Of a DNA stretch of 33,033 nt, positions 27,330 through 33,033 are shown in pieces. The stretch's first letter is position 1, and the number at the start of each line of letters is the position of its first letter. The stretch covers positions 1 through 33,033 of the forward strand of contig NZ_JAAHIE010000031.1 of NCBI RefSeq assembly GCF_010671945.1. Direction: 5' to 3'. Origin of the DNA: Moorena sp. SIO4E2 (GTDB taxonomy: Bacteria; Cyanobacteriota; Cyanobacteriia; Cyanobacteriales; Coleofasciculaceae). The notes below the pieces were generated by a model. It saw nothing but the letters and a program-made list of their open reading frames with translations, made no database searches and was not told the origin of the DNA. Both the position numbers and the translations under genes were made by a program.

Positions 27330-28676
27330 CTAGTTTTTTGACACTCCCCGGTCGCGCATACGCGGGGATTCTTCATTCAACGAGCCAGCTTGCTGAACCT
27401 GGCCGGAACCAAGAACAGTAGAGGCCGATTCTCCTGAAGCGTTTAGATCTTTTAAGATCCAGGTTCCGGTGTGCCCCACCGTACCCAAGGCTTTCTTAAG
27501 GATGTTTATTGCGGCGTTGTGGTCTCTATCTAACTGACAACCACACTTGCACGTATGAGTCCTAGTTGATAGGGACTTTTTAACTTCTTCGCCACAATTG
27601 GAACAGTTTTGGCTGGTATATGCAGGATTTACTGCAACTGTTACCTTTCCGAACTTGGTGCCAAAGTGCTCCATCCATTTCCTAAACTGATACCAACCTG
27701 CATCATTAATAGACTTAGCGAGGCAGTGATTTTTTACTAGGTTCTTGGCTCTTAAGTCGACCTAGGCGACCAGATCGTTAGAACAGATTACGCAGCGCGC
27801 CGGAGACGAAACCTTAGAATAAAGAAGCCTTAATAACAAAGATTTAACCCTTTTATGCATAGCCGACTAACCATAAAGGCTTCTTTATTCTAACGGTAAC
27901 TTCGTTCCCAGTCTCTTGGCGTTCTCTTCACGTTGCCTACTTATCTTAAGGTGCTGTCTGCCTAGTCTATTAACTGCTTTATTTCGATTGGATGAGCCTT
28001 TCTTCTTGCGAGAAACTCGACGCTGGTAGAACTTAAGGCGTTTTTCTACCGTTCTGTAAAAGCAGGGATTTGGTTCAGTTTTTCCAGCGGAATCAGTGTA
28101 AAAATATTTTAGTCCAACATCCAAGCCGATAGCTGTCCCACTTGGCTCTAGTTCCTCTTTGATATCAACTGAAACACAAAACTGGACATAATAACCATCA
28201 GCCCGGCGAACTATACGGACTCGCTTTATTTCCTTTTTATCCAAGCGCCACAAGTCCCATGTACCTTTAAGCTTAAGCTTCCCAATACCCTTTTTATCAC
28301 TAAAGGTGATTGACTTCTTGTCAGGGGATAACTTCCATCCAGACTGTTTATACTCCACTGAGCGGCAGTTTTTCTGGAACTTAGGAAAACCTTTCTTTCC
28401 AGGTACTTTTTTCTTGCAGTTATCAAAGAATCGAACAATTGATGACCATGCTCTTTCAGCACTAGACTGACGAGCAGTAGAGTTTAATTCATTAGCAAAA
28501 GGAAAGTTTTTAGCAAGGACTGCACTGTACTTATTAAGGTCAAATTTGTTGACCCCTTTATTTTCCATCCAATACCTGAGGCAGCTATTACGGATGAACT
28601 GGACTGTCCGGATAGCCTCGTTGATCCCAGAGTATTGATGTTTTTTTCCTTTCGCCTTGAACTCTAAAATGATCAT
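27330..28676 (-). pseudogene. tnpB: Degraded classical IS200/IS605-family tnpB (OrfB). N-terminal and C-terminal parts are separated by a palindromic insertion, an in-frame TAG and a frameshift; the RuvC-II region is partly missing.
   Basis: The N-part (real start MIILEFKAKGKKHQYSGINEAIRTVQFIRNSCLRYW...AIGLDVGLKYFYTDSAG...RRVSRKKKGSSNRNKAVNRLGRQH) is the typical TnpB WED/REC/RuvC-I region. The C-part reads VDLRAKNLVKNHCLAKSINDAGWYQFRKWMEHFGTKFGKVTVAVNPAYTSQNCSNCG...CKCGCQLDRDHNAAINI (ZnF plus RuvC-III) and can only be read across one stop and one frameshift. Confidence 0.75.
27803..27912. mobile_element. PATE-like palindromic element (copy A) inserted inside the degraded tnpB
   Basis: Long imperfect palindrome: CCTTAGAATAAAGAAGCC-TTAATAACAAAGATTTAACCCTTTTATGCATAGCCGACTAACCATAAA-GGCTTCTTTATTCTAACGG. 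It interrupts the TnpB reading frame. Confidence 0.55.
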
Positions 28677-28689
28677 CAGCTTCTTAAAG

Positions 28690-28790
28690 TTACCGTAAGA
28701 ATAGGGTCGCCTTATAACAACAGTTTTAACCCTTTTTCCATAGCCGACAAACCATAAAGGCGACCCTATTCTAAGGTTTCGTCTGGGACC
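28690..28790. mobile_element. PATE-like palindromic element (copy B), or the IS left-end hairpin, immediately upstream of the degraded tnpB start
   Basis: Same loop sequence as copy A (TTATAACAACAGTTTTAACCCTTTTTCCATAGCCGACAAACCATAAA). It differs in the stem, which is fully compensated: GGGTCGCC/GGCGACCC here versus AAGAAGCC/GGCTTCTT in copy A. Confidence 0.55.
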
Positions 28791-28946
28791 TAAACTGTTC
28801 ACTCCCTTATTTTACAACATCCAGACTAAAATTCCGGATTTTCCTGAAATATTTTTCTAGGCGCGTCAAGCCGCTGTGAGCCTTCATCCCCGGTCATTAG
28901 ACACGGGGTTTTCGGCTTTGGGGGATTTTTATAAAAGGACAGAGAT

Positions 28947-31004
28947 TTACGCGAATCTGTTCACAGCAGAAGCTGAGCCATCTTCTAGCTTTGAGTTAAA
29001 AGGAAGCTGAGCCTCTGAGTTCGCTAGTTCTTGAAAATGAATAACTTCTTTACGGGGATCAGCATGACTGACTTTGACGTGTAAGCGATCGCCTAATTGA
29101 ACCGAACGCTGGAAACGCATGGGCAATTCTAGACCTAACTCTTCTAGGAGAATGTTGCCCTTATTCTCGTTTTCTCGCCACCAACTGAGTACTAATACTT
29201 GCCAAACCTGATTCGGGTTACGCCGCAAATATTCCAATCCCCAATATTTGTTGGTATCACGTTCTACTTCACTAGCATCCTTAGCTGTTCTGGTTACACT
29301 CTGCATCGTTTCGAGCAAATCTTCAGCTTCAAAGGGTAGGGGGTCACCCCGTAGATGAGCTTTCAGCTGGAAATGAGTCATTAAGTCAGTGTAGCGGCGG
29401 ATCGGAGAGGTTACCTGGGTGTAAGTTTCCAAAGCCAAACTAGCGTGGCGTGTTGGGGTAATGCTCATTTCGCTTCTAGGCATACACCGACGCATGGCAC
29501 AGAACCGCACTGGACCGGCTGGCAATAGCAGCAGTTCTTCTTGGGATGGAAGTTCTGGCTGGGGTTGTCCTCGGAATGGTAGTGGAATTTGGTGCGCTTG
29601 ACCATAGCGTCCAGCCACTTCACCTGCCAGAATCATCATTTCTGCCACCATTTGCCGTGATGGTGAATCTTCTAACACCTCAATGGTAATTTGGTCATCA
29701 TTTCCCACCTTGATTACCGACTCTGGCATATGGATGCTAATCGCCCCCTGAGACTTGCGCCACTTTTGCCGACGCACAGCCAAGTTAGCGATCGCAAACA
29801 GTTCTGTTTCTGCCTGTACCCCTAACTGCAACATTTCATCTACATCTTCATAAGTCAGGCGATAGGTGGGTTTAATCAGGCTGGGGTGAATCTGATAGTC
29901 ATAGATGGCACCATCTTGATCCAAGATCACGCCAAAACTGAGTGCGCCACAGACTTGACCTTGAACCAAACTCATTGGACCAGTTGCCAGTTCCGATGGG
30001 AACATGGGAATCATGCCCGTGGGTAGATATATGGTGGTACTACGCCGTCGTGCTTCTAGGTCAAGATTATCCCCTGGCATTACCAAGCGGGTTGGGTCAG
30101 CGATGTGAATCCACAGACGCTGAGTGCCATCCTCTAGATCTTCTATACTCAAACCATCATCTATTTCTTGGGTACTTTCATCATCTATGGTGTAGAGTTT
30201 CAGATGAGTTAAATCCAAGCGATCTGAATCTGGGTCAGTAGGAGGATTTGCCAGGTATTGCTGGGTCAATTCGAGTACCTCACGACGAAATTGAGTTGGG
30301 ATTTTATGACGCAGCAAGTACTTCTGGTGAGGACGCCACAAACCCAAATTTATCAATAAATCGAAGGCATTTTCTGGGTTTTGAGGGCGTTTTAGTGCTT
30401 CCAGAGTTTCCTGAACTGCACGAGATGGTTTATCTGGTTCACTAACGAACCGTTCTAGAGCATCAAAGCGAGTGCGATCGCTATCAACCCACTCTACTTG
30501 CTCACCCCCTAACTTTTGCTGTACTCGCTTCAAAAATTCTTCTTGTTCCTGGTGCTTTGATTGAGCCGCTGCCAGTTGATGCTTGATTTCAGCCACCATG
30601 CTAGCGGAGCGGGGTTCATAGGTTTGTGCTTTTTGTTTAAAATAGATTTTGTCTTCAAACAGAATACAGTGTGCCGCATAGCACTGGGGTGGACTTTGCT
30701 CAGAAAATAATAACTGTGCCATGTCAGCACAGGTAACCGCCTCTCCTTCTTCCACCAGTAATTCCCAAGCTAATTCTAAGCTATCTGGGTCTAGATAGGG
30801 TTGTACTCGAGCAATAAACTCTGGTATTTGTGATGGCTCATAAGTAGAATCTGCCACTGTGTAGGTGACTTGTCGAGGATGGAGCTTGTGCAGTTTCCCC
30901 CGTTGATCCAAAGCAATCAAGTGGTTCTTGCCCTCTGGACGATCGACAACAGCGAGATGGCGTTCTCCTTGTAAGCGAAATTCGATTAGTGTTCCCTTTT
31001 CCAC
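28947..31004 (-). CDS. rnb: RNase II/RNase R-family 3'-5' exoribonuclease (RNB domain)
   Basis: 685 aa. The RNB catalytic motif LYTIDDESTQEIDDGLSIEDL is present, with cold-shock/S1-like termini. Located downstream of rpsR as in many cyanobacteria. Confidence 0.85.
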   Translation of the reverse strand: MEKGTLIEFRLQGERHLAVVDRPEGKNHLIALDQRGKLHKLHPRQVTYTVADSTYEPSQIPEFIARVQPYLDPDSLELAWELLVEEGEAVTCADMAQLLFSEQSPPQCYAAHCILFEDKIYFKQKAQTYEPRSASMVAEIKHQLAAAQSKHQEQEEFLKRVQQKLGGEQVEWVDSDRTRFDALERFVSEPDKPSRAVQETLEALKRPQNPENAFDLLINLGLWRPHQKYLLRHKIPTQFRREVLELTQQYLANPPTDPDSDRLDLTHLKLYTIDDESTQEIDDGLSIEDLEDGTQRLWIHIADPTRLVMPGDNLDLEARRRSTTIYLPTGMIPMFPSELATGPMSLVQGQVCGALSFGVILDQDGAIYDYQIHPSLIKPTYRLTYEDVDEMLQLGVQAETELFAIANLAVRRQKWRKSQGAISIHMPESVIKVGNDDQITIEVLEDSPSRQMVAEMMILAGEVAGRYGQAHQIPLPFRGQPQPELPSQEELLLLPAGPVRFCAMRRCMPRSEMSITPTRHASLALETYTQVTSPIRRYTDLMTHFQLKAHLRGDPLPFEAEDLLETMQSVTRTAKDASEVERDTNKYWGLEYLRRNPNQVWQVLVLSWWRENENKGNILLEELGLELPMRFQRSVQLGDRLHVKVSHADPRKEVIHFQELANSEAQLPFNSKLEDGSASAVNRFA

Positions 31005-31347
31005 CAGTTCTGATAACCCGGGTAGCGTTTACCAAATCCACCTCCCCCCAGTCTATCCTGTGTTGTTGAGATACCCAACTCGGCAGACGGGGTCAAGTCT
31101 AAAGTCTGAAGTCTGAAGTCTGAAGTTGTCAGTGGTCAGTGTAACTCCTGGTTGGGTCGCAAGTTTTTAGTTAACCATGTCTTGATGCAGAGCGCGAGTG
31201 GGGGAATTCCCCGTGAGGCCACTGCATCGCGCGCCTCAGCCATCGATCACCCCATTTCATCCTTCATCCTTCATCCTTCATCCTTCTTATTTGATATTTC
31301 ATTCTTCACACGGGAAATATCCCAGAGGAAGACCGTGATTGTTCACC

Positions 31348-31563
31348 TTAACCTTCTTTATTAATATAGGGTAGCAAAGCCAAGAACCTTGCTCGCTTAA
31401 TGGCTGTGGTTAGCTTTCGTTGTTGTTGAGTCGTTAGATTAGTAATGCGGCGGGGTAGGATTTTTCCCCGTTCAGTGATAAACTTGCGCAGCAACTCAAC
31501 ATCTTTATAGTCGATCGGTTCATCGGGTTTGATCGGAGAGAGACGTTTACGAAAGTAAGTCAT
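31348..31563 (-). CDS. rpsR: 30S ribosomal protein S18
   Basis: 71 aa. ...[50 protein letters not shown] matches S18. Confidence 0.92.
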   Translation of the reverse strand: MTYFRKRLSPIKPDEPIDYKDVELLRKFITERGKILPRRITNLTTQQQRKLTTAIKRARFLALLPYINKEG

Positions 31564-31735
31564 GATTGGTTGTGATTGGTGATTGGTTATTTAGGTTACT
31601 GGTTACTGATTATAGTCATTTGTTCTTTGGTAAGTATTCAGCTATCAGCTATCAGCTATCAGCTATCAGTTATCAGTTATCAGCTTATGGGCTATCAGTT
31701 ATCAGCTTATGAGCTATTAGCACGCTACTTAAGCT
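31560..31735. repeat. STRR heptamer arrays (GATTGGT, CAGCTAT x4, CAGTTAT) in the rpmG-rpsR spacer
   Basis: Direct reading. Spurious ORF 31576-31767 is generated by the repeats. Confidence 0.85.
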
Positions 31736-32016
31736 GCTTAGGTTTCTTTTATTCTGACGGCACCTGAAGTAGAGTGAGCCATTCGCGTAGCGTGACTCAA
31801 AGGCCAATGTTCACGGCTGACCACTGAATGCTTACAATAAAACAGGTAAGCATTGGTTTAAGCTGAGTTACTTGAGCTGACCGCTGATAGCTGACCGCTG
31901 AACGCGCACGCGTGTGCGTAGCACATAAGCTGAATACTTGTTCTTTGTTGCTTGTTCTTTGTCAATAGTCCATTTTCAATTAACAAATTCAATTCACAAA
32001 TGACCAAGGACCAAAT

Positions 32017-32211
32017 CTATTTGATTTCTTTGTGAATCATGTGCTTGTTGCAATGGGTGCAAAATTTCTTCAGTTCCAGACGTGATGATGTGTTACGGCG
32101 ATTCTTCCTAGTGGTATAGCGGGAAACACCAGCCGAGCGCTTATTGGAGTAACTGCGACATTCAGTACATTCTAGAGTAATAACGATTCGGACACCTTTC
32201 TTACTTGCCAT
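32017..32211 (-). CDS. rpmG: 50S ribosomal protein L33
   Basis: 64 aa. [57 protein letters not shown] shows the Cys4 L33 pattern. Confidence 0.9.
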   Translation of the reverse strand: MASKKGVRIVITLECTECRSYSNKRSAGVSRYTTRKNRRNTSSRLELKKFCTHCNKHMIHKEIK

Positions 32212-32785
32212 AGTTTTTTTTCTAAGAACTCAAATATTACAATTAAACACAATTTACTATTATCTCATGGGATGCCCCAGTCTATCAAGTAGATGCAAAA
32301 TTGCTCAAGTCTCGGGAAAAACCTCACGCCTTGTTGGCACCATCATCGTGCAGGGCAATCTGGTCACTGACAAGGGCAGCCCACAGTAGTATCCTTGAAA
32401 TGCGATTAGCTAGACCAATCAAGCCAATCATCATCGCGCTTTAGTGCAGCGAAGCCAACTATGCTCTCCAGTTTAGTTAGAGTCAGTAACCGGTGCAAGG
32501 GTAACGAATCTAACCTCAAGAATCAAGATAACCGAAAGCCCACTACCCTAAACTCTGAGCCGGATTGGTGTATAATAGCACGACTCCCGTAACTAGCCAG
32601 ACCAACTCGAAGATCAGCATCTGCAACATATAAAAGCCAAGAGTATTTTTGATCAGGAGTGAGCTGACCAGCCATACTCCTACAAAATCGATATCGAAAG
32701 CAGCAGCCCGCCACTCTATTGCTATAGCAGTCGCCAGGGCAGTTAGGACATGACAAAAGTCTCACACCCTTTGTAAGCGATGCAG

Positions 32786-32831
32786 AGGTGCGACCCGTGG
32801 CGAATTTAATTCGCCAACGGAAAGCGCACCT
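32786..32831. repeat. Miniature palindromic dispersed repeat (family copy 3)
   Basis: AGGTGCGACCCGTGGCGAATTTAATTCGCCAACGGAAAGCGCACCT. Shares its first 26 nt with the copy at 18410. Confidence 0.75.
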
Positions 32832-33033
32832 AAGCGGTCTTGGGGGTTTCCCCCATGAGCGACTGCATCAAGAAGCGCAAGAGTTTGACTTCTGACAAAT
32901 GACTTGGGTGTGGCTCTTTTGGAAAGACGTTTGGTCAGGTTTAGAGAGGTATCGGAAGAGTAGGAGGAGCAGTAATAGAGCAACGAGCTTGAATTAGTCG
33001 TTTCATCAAAGGAAGGCCATCTTTGTACAAAGA

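Noticed and set aside
26973-27341. 122-aa plus ORF
   Set aside because: It is antisense to the well-supported amt gene.
32400-32470. Possible tmRNA tag-reading frame (GCGCTTTAG resembling a ...AL-stop tag end)
   Set aside because: No ANNIV-type tag start, no tRNA-like acceptor/T-arm sequences and no resume-codon context could be found. It is most likely coincidence.
32523-32983. Two minus-strand ORFs of 80 and 73 aa (Cys/Arg-rich)
   Set aside because: Composition is not protein-like. They overlap a MITE copy and lack an SD. The region is treated as non-coding.

Overview
This window looks like chromosomal DNA from a filamentous cyanobacterium. Heptamer STRR-type tandem repeats (TTGGTCA, TTAGCCA, TTAGCAA and similar) fill almost every intergenic spacer, and several small palindromic repeat families are present. 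Positions 1-10941 (minus strand) hold the 3' part of the main ribosomal-protein operon, rplC through rplO, plus secY; secY is cut by the window edge. Upstream of rplC are a CPA2/Kef-type K+/H+ antiporter gene with TrkA domains (11583-13784) and a small zinc-ribbon membrane protein gene (13981-14202).

The standout region is 14290-16697. A gene encoding a clear homolog of the eukaryotic major vault protein (MVP) lies on the minus strand. By eye the N-terminal two MVP repeats and the C-terminal cap-helix/cap-ring segment are roughly 50-60% identical to metazoan MVP. The gene is split by an insertion of an IS200/IS605-family tnpB-only element on the plus strand. That tnpB is driven by a perfect TTGACA-17-TATAAT promoter and encodes a TnpB-like RuvC nuclease in which all four zinc-finger cysteines are replaced.

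Downstream features are:
- a pentapeptide-repeat protein;
- a 966-aa B12-type radical-SAM protein fused to a DUF2344-like domain, joined by a 15-bp in-frame tandem repeat array (15 copies of QP[AST]N[LR]);
- a STAS anti-sigma-factor antagonist;
- several hypothetical genes, one encoding LTTD(E/Q)PKH repeats;
- an Amt ammonium transporter whose start directly abuts a degraded classical IS605 tnpB interrupted by a PATE-like palindromic element;
- an RNase II/R-family exoribonuclease;
- rpsR and rpmG, separated by an unusually long STRR-filled spacer.

No rRNA, tRNA or CRISPR array was found.
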